Virus record (IMG/VR): IMGVR_UViG_3300050333_000073
Reading direction: 5' to 3' (one strand)
Source: a virus
DNA length: 40,874 nucleotides
Below, in pieces: positions 1 to 8,281 of this stretch. Position numbers and translations under genes: made by a program. The stretch's first letter is position 1. Each line of letters begins with the position of its first letter. Below the pieces are notes generated by a model that ran no database searches, had not been told where the DNA came from, and worked only from the letters and a program-made list of their open reading frames with translations.

Positions 1-127
1 AGGAGTGAGATTATGTCCTTGATGCCCAGGTCTAGAATTCCAATCTGCTTCATGAGGCATCACTTCAATACACTATAGCCTATCAGGTCTGTGTTGATGT
101 AAGATTCGGCTGATTCTGAACTGGTAC
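1..127. repeat. Terminal direct repeat, copy 1; identical to 40748..40874 (circular-assembly overlap or terminal redundancy)
   Basis: Base-by-base comparison shows 1..127 equals 40748..40874. No repeat partner exists for 40747 because the window starts at base 1. Confidence 0.95.
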
Positions 128-917
128 CACTTTCAGCGTCTCCACCAGCCAGGAATGAGTCAACTATCATTTTTGCCCGGGTTCGTAAGCTCACCCCATA
201 GTTTTTGGTAGTGGTTTGATTCCCATAGTCGAACTGGTATTGTTCGTTTTCTTTCTGTTTCATCCAGGCATAACTTGCAGCTGCCAGGTACACTGCTCCT
301 TCCAGTTCATCGTCATCTGGTACTGTCGTGTATTCTGGGCCCAGTTTTGATAAGACATAGGTGATTCCTTCTTTGATTTTTTGTTCTAAGTCTTCAACGG
401 TTGCAATGTATTTGGAGCTGGTTGCGTTGATTAGGGCTAGGTTGATTGTTGCTGTGATGGTTTTCAGGGCTTTGATTCCAATACTTTTGATGTTGGATAG
501 TTTCACTATGTCTCCCTTGGCGATGGGTAGTTCAACAATATTAACCAATCCTCCCTCTAATTCTGGGAGTTCCATAGTTACTATTGCGGTTGTGAGGTTG
601 GTGCTGTCAGATAAAATAAGTTCAAATGATTTCTCTGTTATATCACTGTCTGAATATATGTGGAGTAGTATATTTTCCCGGTCATCTAACCTGAAAGCTT
701 TCCTCTCCTCTGTTTCTTCAAAGTCACGGGTCGTGTAAATATAGGCGCCTTCCATCATGCCAGAAACTTCAAGAGAATCAGTGTGCACGGTTGCATGTCT
801 TTCTGTTAATTCAACTGCTACGGTGCCATTGGTATTCCAGTCTCTTTTAAAATCAGAAAGAATAATCCTATCCACAGAGTAGGCTTTTAGATGATCTAAA
901 ACTTTTAAATAATCCAT
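60..917 (-). CDS. Head-tail connector/adaptor-like structural protein (285 aa)
   Basis: Lies directly downstream of the capsid gene. SD GGAGGGG sits 6 nt before the ATG. The next gene in the operon is 40333..40800, across the window junction. Confidence 0.4.
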   Translation of the reverse strand: MDYLKVLDHLKAYSVDRIILSDFKRDWNTNGTVAVELTERHATVHTDSLEVSGMMEGAYIYTTRDFEETEERKAFRLDDRENILLHIYSDSDITEKSFELILSDSTNLTTAIVTMELPELEGGLVNIVELPIAKGDIVKLSNIKSIGIKALKTITATINLALINATSSKYIATVEDLEQKIKEGITYVLSKLGPEYTTVPDDDELEGAVYLAAASYAWMKQKENEQYQFDYGNQTTTKNYGVSLRTRAKMIVDSFLAGGDAESGTSSESAESYINTDLIGYSVLK

Positions 918-952
918 ATCATCCCCTCCTTAAAATAGGAAAAGGGATGGGA

Positions 953-1894
953 TCATCCTGCTGTAACCAGGTCAGCAATGCGGATCATCCTTTCACCCTG
1001 AGCCCTTGGGTAAGCTCCAGCAGTACAAGCCACTTTAATAGTTGTCCTTGGCCTGTGCTCTTCATCAGCATTGTCAAACATTAACATTGACACGGGTGGG
1101 AGTAAGGATTCCATTCCTTCAATGGTAGGCATGGACTTGATTTTAGGGTTGTTGTATTTCATCATGATCACATCCAATGCAGGCATGTCCCTGTCAAACC
1201 CTATTGCCTCCCCATCATCAAAGTTCCTTCCACCCCAGAAGTTCTTAGCATTGGCTAAGTCCAGGGCATCTTTAATTTTAAAGCCGTTCTGAGGGAGGAC
1301 GTAATCACTAACGGATTGTGCTGCTCTGGCTTTTAATTCCACGTCTGCCTCAGTTCCATAGGCAACCATGTTTATGTTGTATGGTTTTGGTCTGATACTG
1401 GCCTGGAATCTCATCAAGTCACGGAGCACGGATTTAAATTCGGTGGCGTTTTCACCCCATTCCCCTATAATCTTATCATCAGTTACAACAGTGGCGTTGT
1501 CCTTGGCAGTGTTGTAAACGATTTCGTCCACATCATTAGCAAAGACATATCCCATTGCACTGATTTCATCCATGAGGTTGAAGTTAGGGTGTTCCATGTC
1601 ACTGTTAAGGATATTATATTCTATTTCATTATGCACAAGTTTGAATCCACTTGGAGTTATGACTTCTCCACGGATTTTACGTGCACTTGCGCCTTTAGCC
1701 AGTTTCTTTGACTTCCCAGTCTGGGTTAGGAACTTGTCAATTGGTGTGCTTTCAACAACTGTAACCTGTTCATTGTCCACTCTCATGAGTGGGAAGTTAC
1801 CGGCGAATCTGTAACCTTCAACCATTGAAAGTTTAAGCTCTGCTAGGTAGGTTCCGTTCTCAAAGTCAGCGTATATTTCTTTTAAACTTGCCAT
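953..1894 (-). CDS. Major capsid protein (putative HK97-fold), start moved to ATG 1894
   Basis: About 313 aa, last gene of the scaffold-decoration-capsid series. GGAGGT sits 7 nt upstream of ATG 1894. No delta domain, consistent with a separate scaffold. Confidence 0.65.
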   Translation of the reverse strand: MASLKEIYADFENGTYLAELKLSMVEGYRFAGNFPLMRVDNEQVTVVESTPIDKFLTQTGKSKKLAKGASARKIRGEVITPSGFKLVHNEIEYNILNSDMEHPNFNLMDEISAMGYVFANDVDEIVYNTAKDNATVVTDDKIIGEWGENATEFKSVLRDLMRFQASIRPKPYNINMVAYGTEADVELKARAAQSVSDYVLPQNGFKIKDALDLANAKNFWGGRNFDDGEAIGFDRDMPALDVIMMKYNNPKIKSMPTIEGMESLLPPVSMLMFDNADEEHRPRTTIKVACTAGAYPRAQGERMIRIADLVTAG

Positions 1895-1924
1895 TTTTAT
1901 TACCTCCAAAAATAAATTAAATTA

Positions 1925-2446
1925 TTATCCTCTAGTTACGCAGCCAATGAGCCCACGGCAGTCAACAGTAATGTAGCCTCCGGTGTTTGCTGGGATTGCA
2001 TCGTAACTGTAAACAACGTTACTGGTTTCGGCTGTTTTACCTAGTTTACCAGTTGCTGGGTTGATGTTGAGCTTATCCCCTACACCGATTTCTTCATTAG
2101 TATCTTCAAGGGGTAGTTGAATTTCATCATTAGGCAGTCTGGCCGCACCAACGTATCTGTTAGGATAATTACCCTGGGTGGCGGTTTCTTTAGGTAGTGT
2201 TCCTTGAACCTCTGGGTTGTAAGGGTTGATGTGGGTTGCAACCTCTCCATTTGCAACTTTCTTCATAGTTCTTTCACCAGTCCCCCGGACCAGGAAACTT
2301 TCCTCAGTCACTTGTGCTGCGAAAGTTAGCTGTTCGTTAGGTAGGCCATTGTTCGGGTCCACACCTTCACGGTAGGTTGCAGTTCCTTCTTCAACTTCGT
2401 AGGTTTTAACGTCCTTTTCTTCAAAAAATGTTCCAACTTTAGTCAT
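1925..2446 (-). CDS. Head decoration/cement-like protein
   Basis: Lies between scaffold and capsid genes. GGAGGT sits 7 nt before ATG 2446. The C-terminal GDKLNINPATGKLGKT...ITVD pattern resembles small beta-rich decoration proteins. Confidence 0.35.
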   Translation of the reverse strand: MTKVGTFFEEKDVKTYEVEEGTATYREGVDPNNGLPNEQLTFAAQVTEESFLVRGTGERTMKKVANGEVATHINPYNPEVQGTLPKETATQGNYPNRYVGAARLPNDEIQLPLEDTNEEIGVGDKLNINPATGKLGKTAETSNVVYSYDAIPANTGGYITVDCRGLIGCVTRG

Positions 2447-2467
2447 AAAATCTACCTCCAATTTAGT

Positions 2468-2932
2468 TTACCATCTTTTCTTTTTTTTCCTTATCTCTGC
2501 AAAATCTCCGGGTTTATCATCACCAGGGGTTTGTGTTCCATCATCATCATGGCCCGGAGCCCCACCAGTGGGTACTCCTTTTGGTTTTTGAGTGATGATT
2601 TTATGTTCCTTGAAAAATTTCAGCTTCTCCAGGGGCATGTCTTCGAGTTCTTTTTTCAACTCTTCATCTTCCCCGGCCAGTTCTTTTATCAGTTCTTCCT
2701 TCTCTTTGGCTTCGATTTTATCATATTTCTTGGCCTTTTCTTCTAAATCTTCGATTTTCTTTTCATTGTCATTTTTTTCTTTTTCTAACTCTTTTAACTC
2801 CTTTTCGAGTTTTTGTTTTTCTTCAACGGTTTTATTAGCACTGTTAAGCTTGGATTTAAGAATCCCAATCTCTTCCTGCTGTTCCTGCTGTTTTTCTAAA
2901 GCTTTCTCTAGAACTTCGCTTTTATCACCCAA
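2468..2932 (-). CDS. Scaffolding protein, short form (TTG start with its own SD)
   Basis: Extremely K/E-rich coiled-coil sequence upstream of the capsid gene. AAGGAGG sits 8 nt upstream of TTG 2932. Confidence 0.7.
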   Translation of the reverse strand: MGDKSEVLEKALEKQQEQQEEIGILKSKLNSANKTVEEKQKLEKELKELEKEKNDNEKKIEDLEEKAKKYDKIEAKEKEELIKELAGEDEELKKELEDMPLEKLKFFKEHKIITQKPKGVPTGGAPGHDDDGTQTPGDDKPGDFAEIRKKKKRW

Positions 2933-3313
2933 ATTATCATCCTCCTTAGGCTTTTCAATACTGTTATAAAGAATATGGCTCCGGGGTGTGGCTGTTAAAC
3001 CAACCTCTTTAAGATAGCCCGAAATTGGTAGGTAATATTTGTCATATTCAACCAGGTTAAGACCATCAAAGACTGGGCTGAGTCCTTTATCTTTCAGGTC
3101 TAGGTTCTTTGGTGGCTTGACTTGTAGGCTGCCGTCTTTGTAGACGAAATTATATACTCTACTTAAGACTTTTTTAGTATGTTCGTCAGTAACGTCTACG
3201 CTGCCAGTGGTGGCAGCTATTTCTTTTAAAAACTCTTCTGTGAATTTAACGGGTTTTTCCAGACCATGGTCTTTATAGTCACCTAGGACTGGTTCGAATA
3301 TAGGTATTAAAAT
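2468..3313 (-). CDS. Long form of the scaffold gene with a globular N-terminal extension; start codon unresolved (ATT 3313 proposed)
   Basis: The frame stays open for 134 codons upstream of TTG 2932, back to TAA 3335..3337, with no in-frame ATG, GTG or TTG. GGAGG (3323..3327) sits 9 nt before in-frame ATT 3313..3311. Confidence 0.4.
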   Translation of the reverse strand: MLIPIFEPVLGDYKDHGLEKPVKFTEEFLKEIAATTGSVDVTDEHTKKVLSRVYNFVYKDGSLQVKPPKNLDLKDKGLSPVFDGLNLVEYDKYYLPISGYLKEVGLTATPRSHILYNSIEKPKEDDNLGDKSEVLEKALEKQQEQQEEIGILKSKLNSANKTVEEKQKLEKELKELEKEKNDNEKKIEDLEEKAKKYDKIEAKEKEELIKELAGEDEELKKELEDMPLEKLKFFKEHKIITQKPKGVPTGGAPGHDDDGTQTPGDDKPGDFAEIRKKKKRW

Positions 3314-3339
3314 AGTACCATGCCTCCGTAAAGATTAAT

Positions 3340-3347
3340 AAAAAAAA
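3340..3347 (-). terminator. T8 run immediately 3' of the tRNA-like gene
   Basis: A8 on the plus strand is T8 on the minus strand, 8 nt after the discriminator base. Oligo-T tracts terminate archaeal RNA polymerase. Confidence 0.4.
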
Positions 3348-3355
3348 TATTCTGA

Positions 3356-3428
3356 AGCCTGAGGAGGCACTTGCAGCCCCACCTTCCGGGTTACAAATCC
3401 GGCACTCATCTACTTGAGTTACACAGGC
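3356..3428 (-). tRNA. tRNA-like gene, anticodon UGU (Thr), non-canonical elbow, no encoded CCA
   Basis: Hand-folded 73-nt cloverleaf. Acceptor GCCUGUG/CUCAGGC (one U-U). D stem ACUC/GAGU. Anticodon loop UUUGUAA. Variable loop of 5 nt. T stem GGGGC/GCCUC. Discriminator U. The D loop lacks GG and the T loop reads UGCAAGU. Confidence 0.55.
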
Positions 3429-3438
3429 AGAAAAAGAG

Positions 3439-3993
3439 TTAATTAAAATTTAAATGTTCATATACGATTGGGGGTTTAATATTCACATCAGCATTTATGG
3501 AAGCTTTTATAGCAATTTCAACACTAACTACGGTCATATCTTTAATGATTGTCTTTAATGCGTACAATGCCCCTCTTGAATCATATCTTCCAACACCAAT
3601 GGCATCATAATCATCTTTTGATTCAGTTACTCCAAAATGACTTCCCATCCTAAAAAGTCTGCCTTTATATCCAATCAGTAAATCGGTTGCTGGATTCATT
3701 GAGGCATTTTCTATCATTGATTCATCAATAAGTCTGGTCTTAATTGCAGGTATCAAATCCTTAATTATGTATTCATATGGATCTTCCCGTTTATCTTCAG
3801 GATAATCAAAATCATGATTTAAAATTTGTCCTATCCTTGCACTACCTGCAACGCCAATTAACATATTATTAGCAGTTTTAAAGATTTTCTGTTGGTTTTT
3901 CATAGTTGTGTATGCATCAAATCCATCTAAATTTGCACTATCAGCCCCCATGATTATACCGTCATCAGTGATTATTCCTACTACACAAGTCAT
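3439..3993 (-). CDS. HslV/proteasome beta-subunit-like N-terminal-threonine (Ntn) peptidase
   Basis: M-TCVVGIITDDGIIMGADS places Thr directly after Met and an Asp at mature position 17. KIFKT..NMLIGVAGSA and DAIGVGRYDSRGALYAL resemble HslV KVRRL..VIAGFAGG and IAIGSGG motifs. An SD-like AGGTGG sits before ATG 3993. Confidence 0.8.
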   Translation of the reverse strand: MTCVVGIITDDGIIMGADSANLDGFDAYTTMKNQQKIFKTANNMLIGVAGSARIGQILNHDFDYPEDKREDPYEYIIKDLIPAIKTRLIDESMIENASMNPATDLLIGYKGRLFRMGSHFGVTESKDDYDAIGVGRYDSRGALYALKTIIKDMTVVSVEIAIKASINADVNIKPPIVYEHLNFN

Positions 3994-4004
3994 TATTTCC
4001 ACCT

Positions 4005-4793
4005 CTAAATTAGACTAATATCAGCGTACTCCTGAGACAGTGCCAAATATCCTTGATATTCCTTAGTAGAATCATCACTCACTGGAACCAACCGGCAATG
4101 TCCATTCGGATGGTCATAAGGCCATTGGTCAATTGTCTGGGCAGGTAACCTAGCCCGGTCATAACATTTCTGGCAGGTGTTAATCCCACGTACAACCCAA
4201 TAGTACAACATTGCAGATCCATACCTCATCTCCTGAGCGGACCTGGTGACTTTTTGCTTAGCAAACTGGGCATTGAATTTAACATAATTCTTAGTACGCT
4301 TGGCCGCACGCTGAAAATTAGATTTAAGATTAAAGTTTTTAGCCTCAGCCATTTTTTCCTTAGTTGCTAAAGCCTTGGTTCTAACATCGTCCTTTAATTG
4401 GTTAATCGTGCTTTTAACACTGGATTCCATTGTATCAAAGGTGCCTTTAAGGTTATAATCCAATTTTACTTGTGGGATAACCTTCTCATGAATATTGTAA
4501 TCTTTGAGGACGGTGACTTTATGGTCTTCTATTAGCTTGGTTAATTCGGTTTTACTATTTTTGGCCAGTTTTTCACCGGCCTTGGTAACTGCTTCAGGGA
4601 ACTTTAGGAGGATGTAATCAACACTTTTATGTTCAAAGTCATTGTAAAGGGTGGCCAGGACGGCAAATAATGCGACATACATTAATTGTTCATCCATATC
4701 CATGGAGTCATCTACATCAGGAGTTCCTGGTTGGAATGAGTTATCCTCCAGGCCCAAGAGTTCGCCCTCAGTTGGTATTTCCGTTACCATCAT
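4005..4793 (-). CDS. Minor head protein, Mu F / SPP1 gp7-like
   Basis: Lies directly downstream of the portal gene. The C-terminal CQKCYD...WPYDHPNGHCRLVPV pattern is typical of this family. Confidence 0.65.
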   Translation of the reverse strand: MMVTEIPTEGELLGLEDNSFQPGTPDVDDSMDMDEQLMYVALFAVLATLYNDFEHKSVDYILLKFPEAVTKAGEKLAKNSKTELTKLIEDHKVTVLKDYNIHEKVIPQVKLDYNLKGTFDTMESSVKSTINQLKDDVRTKALATKEKMAEAKNFNLKSNFQRAAKRTKNYVKFNAQFAKQKVTRSAQEMRYGSAMLYYWVVRGINTCQKCYDRARLPAQTIDQWPYDHPNGHCRLVPVSDDSTKEYQGYLALSQEYADISLI

Positions 4794-6030
4794 CAGCCCC
4801 TCCTTCCTCTTTTTCCTCTTCTGGTGTTTTTTTACCTTTATTTTCGTCAGTTTCTAGGTATCCTGATTTCTTATCTTTGTCCTTGGGATGGAAGTTAATC
4901 CAGACATTTCCTTTTTTACCTGCTAGTTCTAGTTCAGGTGTGAATAATTCATTTTCAATATATTTTTTCAACCATTCCCTGTTGTATTCAATGAATACAA
5001 CTCTTCCACTGGTTTCACTATCCATTAATACTTCCGCTGTGGCCCGGTTACTTCCTTCTGTATCAAATAGTGCATGTGGTGTTGAGAGTCCATCGAAAAT
5101 TTCATTCTTAAAATCCTGTTTATATTTTGGAATATCTGGCAGCTGACTTGTACCAATCATTTCAGCTTCAAGCCCGAAAGGGAGAACCACTACTCCTTTT
5201 TTATGGTAATCAGTAGTGGCCTCCACAACCGCCTCACGGGACTGTTTAGTTAAACGTTTACCTGGGGCATCCTTGTTCCCCATAGTCACAATTAAAATAT
5301 TGGAATTTTTGAAAACAGTTTTCGGCATCAAATCAGATAGGACCCTACGATAATATACCGGGTCCAGGATGTCCATCACTATGGATCTGCCATTACCTTT
5401 TAACTCCATATACTTGGCATTGATGATCTCTCCTGGCTGGAATGGTACTGTCCATTCTTCTAATTTTTCTTCCAGTTCCTCGAATTTTTTAGCCAGCCAT
5501 CCTTTATTTGTTTCTTTGTTTCTTTGTGTTAGTTGTTTGAATCCGGTTACTTTACCGTATTCATCGTAAATCTTTTTGATTCGATAGTTTTCAGCATCAA
5601 AGGCCAGGATTCGGAGGTGGATTCTATTTTCAATAATAATCTTATTCGTGAATACCTCACCATCAACCTGACCCGCCCAGAGGAAGTCCCTCATGACCTG
5701 GTTAATATCCCAGTCTGTGCTTTTGCAACGTTCAATGATATGGTTCACTGCGTCCTGGTTATCTCCTTCTATTACAAAGTTAGATATTGTTTTAGTGATG
5801 TTATCATTGATGATACCCTTCACAATAGGGTCGTTTGCTGCAAAACGGCAGTTCTTTATAGTTCTTTTGACCTTGAAAGGTACAGTATCGATAAGATCTA
5901 TAGCATCTGTATCAGTGGTGGTAGTATCATCAGTATCTATCCCGGTTTCTTCTATTGCGTTGGGTTCCGCATTCCGTAAAAGGAAATTTTTGTAGTTGAT
6001 TCTGTCTAATAATCCCATAAGTTCCACCAC
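4768..6030 (-). CDS. Portal protein (start may be ATG 6018)
   Basis: About 420 aa ORF immediately after the large terminase gene, with an acidic/Gly-rich C-terminus. Confidence 0.7.
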   Translation of the reverse strand: MVELMGLLDRINYKNFLLRNAEPNAIEETGIDTDDTTTTDTDAIDLIDTVPFKVKRTIKNCRFAANDPIVKGIINDNITKTISNFVIEGDNQDAVNHIIERCKSTDWDINQVMRDFLWAGQVDGEVFTNKIIIENRIHLRILAFDAENYRIKKIYDEYGKVTGFKQLTQRNKETNKGWLAKKFEELEEKLEEWTVPFQPGEIINAKYMELKGNGRSIVMDILDPVYYRRVLSDLMPKTVFKNSNILIVTMGNKDAPGKRLTKQSREAVVEATTDYHKKGVVVLPFGLEAEMIGTSQLPDIPKYKQDFKNEIFDGLSTPHALFDTEGSNRATAEVLMDSETSGRVVFIEYNREWLKKYIENELFTPELELAGKKGNVWINFHPKDKDKKSGYLETDENKGKKTPEEEKEEGGADDGNGNTN

Positions 6031-6037
6031 TATTTTT

Positions 6038-7585
6038 TTAGTAAACGTAAGCTTCTTCCTCTTCTATATCAGGTTGTACTTTGAATAGACTGGCAAATAC
6101 TACGCTAGTAGCATCCACACGGTCTTTGAATCTTCCATTAGGGAAATCTGTATGTTCTTTAATGAAATCATAATTCCAATCTCCCTCAACTAGGTAAATG
6201 TTAAATAATGCTGCATGGTCAGCTACATTGTCAGCTCGGTCTTCTTTACTTCCAAAATAAGATTCTACAAATGGTTTGAAACTACATCCTGTTCCCTTGA
6301 ATGCCTCTGCATATCTTTCCATCTGGTCAATTGCAGCCTGGCCAGGGTCGTGAACTACAAGTGTGGGAACGTTTCTTAGTCTATTGTCTTTCAATGCCCG
6401 GGCCTTAATAGCTGTTCTAACTGCTCCGGGGGTTTCTCTTAAAGTTTCACAGTGATGTATAACAAAATCATTACTATGGGTTCTACTGGCCATGACACCG
6501 GCAGTTCTGGCCGGGCCTTGATCTTCACCTTGGCCCTGTTTCTTCTTTGTACCTGCTAAATCCCAGCCCCTCTTAGTTTGAAGCAGGTGACCAAGTAATG
6601 GGCTAGTTTTTGGGATAATTTTAAACCAATCAGCACTAAACACTTCACCTTCATCTGGTATTGGTGTTCCTTGGTACTGGGCATCGAACCGACCACGCAT
6701 TCTTTTCTTTTTGGCCAGTAAATCTCCTATTGGATGTAGGTCTGGGCATAGTGCTTCTCCAGGTTTGCGGCCAAGTATGTCATTCTCTTCAGCAATACCA
6801 GGTAAACGTAGAATCACCCAGGTATCCTTATCAATCGTGCCACCATTATGTAAAAATTCAAGGAGCTCCTGGTCCAGGTAAACATGAGGCTCATTAACAT
6901 TACCATCCTTATCATACAGGATCCGACCGGACAAGTCCCGAAGATCCCACCGGGTCTGAGTTATATTAATAAGCCCTTTTTTTGACAACCTGGTGTCAAC
7001 AACATCAGTATACCATTCATAAACGTTAAGTTGGATAACTGGGCTTTTAGCCTCTTTACGGCTTTTATGAGGGTCATCAATTCCAATAATATCCCCACGT
7101 TCACCAGTCACAGATGCATCTGCACCTGCACTATGTGACCCTCCTTCATGGTCTAAAATATCCCAATGATCCCTTGACTTGCTATCATGTTGTAAATATA
7201 AGCCCCACACTCGGTGAGCCCATCTTTGAAAAACGTCACGAGCTTTTTTATTCCATCTGGCAGCATAATCAGAACCATAACTACAACCAATAAAACGATC
7301 ATCCGGGTTTTCTCCTAGATACCAGACACGGAAGTATTGAGATAATAATAAACTTTTACCATGCTGAGGAGGCATCCAAGTCATTGACCGGTGAATCTGC
7401 CGGTTATTCATGAATAATAAAAGATCATCTAACAATCTGAGATGATCATATAACTTCCAACGACCATTACTGGCCATCATAGCCAGACAGGCCGGACTCA
7501 TCCTAGCCTGCTGAAGAGGATCATATAATAAATCTTCCACAACACCCCACCCTTTATTCTGTTTTTTCTGTGTTGCGAATTTCAC
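6038..7585 (-). CDS. terL: Terminase large subunit
   Basis: 515 aa with a Walker A-like PPQHGKS near the N-terminus and conserved acidic blocks (IGIDDP, WDLAG). Sits in the order TerS-TerL-portal. Confidence 0.85.
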   Translation of the reverse strand: MKFATQKKQNKGWGVVEDLLYDPLQQARMSPACLAMMASNGRWKLYDHLRLLDDLLLFMNNRQIHRSMTWMPPQHGKSLLLSQYFRVWYLGENPDDRFIGCSYGSDYAARWNKKARDVFQRWAHRVWGLYLQHDSKSRDHWDILDHEGGSHSAGADASVTGERGDIIGIDDPHKSRKEAKSPVIQLNVYEWYTDVVDTRLSKKGLINITQTRWDLRDLSGRILYDKDGNVNEPHVYLDQELLEFLHNGGTIDKDTWVILRLPGIAEENDILGRKPGEALCPDLHPIGDLLAKKKRMRGRFDAQYQGTPIPDEGEVFSADWFKIIPKTSPLLGHLLQTKRGWDLAGTKKKQGQGEDQGPARTAGVMASRTHSNDFVIHHCETLRETPGAVRTAIKARALKDNRLRNVPTLVVHDPGQAAIDQMERYAEAFKGTGCSFKPFVESYFGSKEDRADNVADHAALFNIYLVEGDWNYDFIKEHTDFPNGRFKDRVDATSVVFASLFKVQPDIEEEEAYVY

Positions 7586-8099
7586 TAATTAAATCTCTAG
7601 CCTTTGAACGTAAACTGGGATTTTTAGGGGGTTTAATTTGATTATTCACATAAACACTGACATCAGAACCATCTTTAATAACACCTAAAATTTGATATTT
7701 AGTTTTAATTTTCTGGTCCTTGGTCTTCAGGAGCTGGTTGAATAATCGACCTATATCTTTTTCATCCATGTCTTCCAGGATACTTGGATCTATTTCATTC
7801 AACCAGGTGTCAATCAGGTCGCAGTCTTTGTCAATTTTTTCAATGTCACTGACTTGCTCATCAGCTGCTTCATCCAACCTTTTTTTGCTTTGTTTCTCCT
7901 GATATTTTTGTCGAGCTTTTTCAGTGATGTTGAATTTATTGTTCCTATAACCGTTAATGGCCTGTCTGGATATATAAGCTCCTTTTTTCTTAGTCCACTT
8001 GGATATGTCTGTATCTTTCTTACCTTCTTTAATCATTTCCTCGATTTTTTCCCGGTAAGGGGATACTTCTACAGCGCTAGGTCTGGCCATTTTAATCAC
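7554..8099 (-). CDS. Terminase small subunit-like DNA-binding protein (start uncertain: GTG 8099 or ATG 8090)
   Basis: About 180 aa basic protein with an N-terminal HTH-like segment (DISKWTKKKGAYISRQAINGY). Overlaps the terL start. Confidence 0.5.
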   Translation of the reverse strand: MIKMARPSAVEVSPYREKIEEMIKEGKKDTDISKWTKKKGAYISRQAINGYRNNKFNITEKARQKYQEKQSKKRLDEAADEQVSDIEKIDKDCDLIDTWLNEIDPSILEDMDEKDIGRLFNQLLKTKDQKIKTKYQILGVIKDGSDVSVYVNNQIKPPKNPSLRSKARDLISEIRNTEKTE

Positions 8100-8277
8100 T
8101 TTTTGGAATGTCAGGAAATGTCAGGTTATTGTCAGGATTGTCAGGGAATGAAATAATTCTTTGTTGTCGTATCCAATACGTTCGCATCTGGTAAAGATGC
8201 ATTGTATCGTATTCTTCCTTAGAAATGGCATCATGGTTTTCTGGTTGGAAACCATATTCATAGGCTTGTTTTGGCAT
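8092..8277 (-). CDS. Hypothetical protein (61 aa); its 3' end carries the TGTCAGG repeats
   Basis: ORF overlaps the TerS start by 8 nt. The C-terminal FPDNPDNNLTFPDIP is encoded by the repeat array. Confidence 0.4.
   Translation of the reverse strand: MPKQAYEYGFQPENHDAISKEEYDTMHLYQMRTYWIRQQRIISFPDNPDNNLTFPDIPKSD
8109..8145. repeat. Four phased direct TGTCAGG repeats (candidate TerS binding / pac element)
   Basis: TGTCAGG occurs at 8109, 8119, 8130 and 8139, with spacings of 10, 11 and 9 bp. The array lies just upstream of the terS start. Confidence 0.6.
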
Positions 8278-8281
8278 TGTA

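Noticed and set aside
3319-3321. ATG directly after the GGAGG upstream of the scaffold extension, as a possible start followed by a frameshift
   Set aside because: The ATG is only 1 nt from the SD. It opens a 4-codon frame (MVLF-stop) that is out of frame with the long ORF. The required -1 slip on CUA-UUU-UAA has no good re-pairing, and the +1 slip lands in the wrong frame.
3356-3428. Possibility that the tRNA-like gene is a suppressor tRNA indicating stop-codon reassignment
   Set aside because: The anticodon reads UGU (Thr). All large genes are intact under the standard code, with no in-frame stops.
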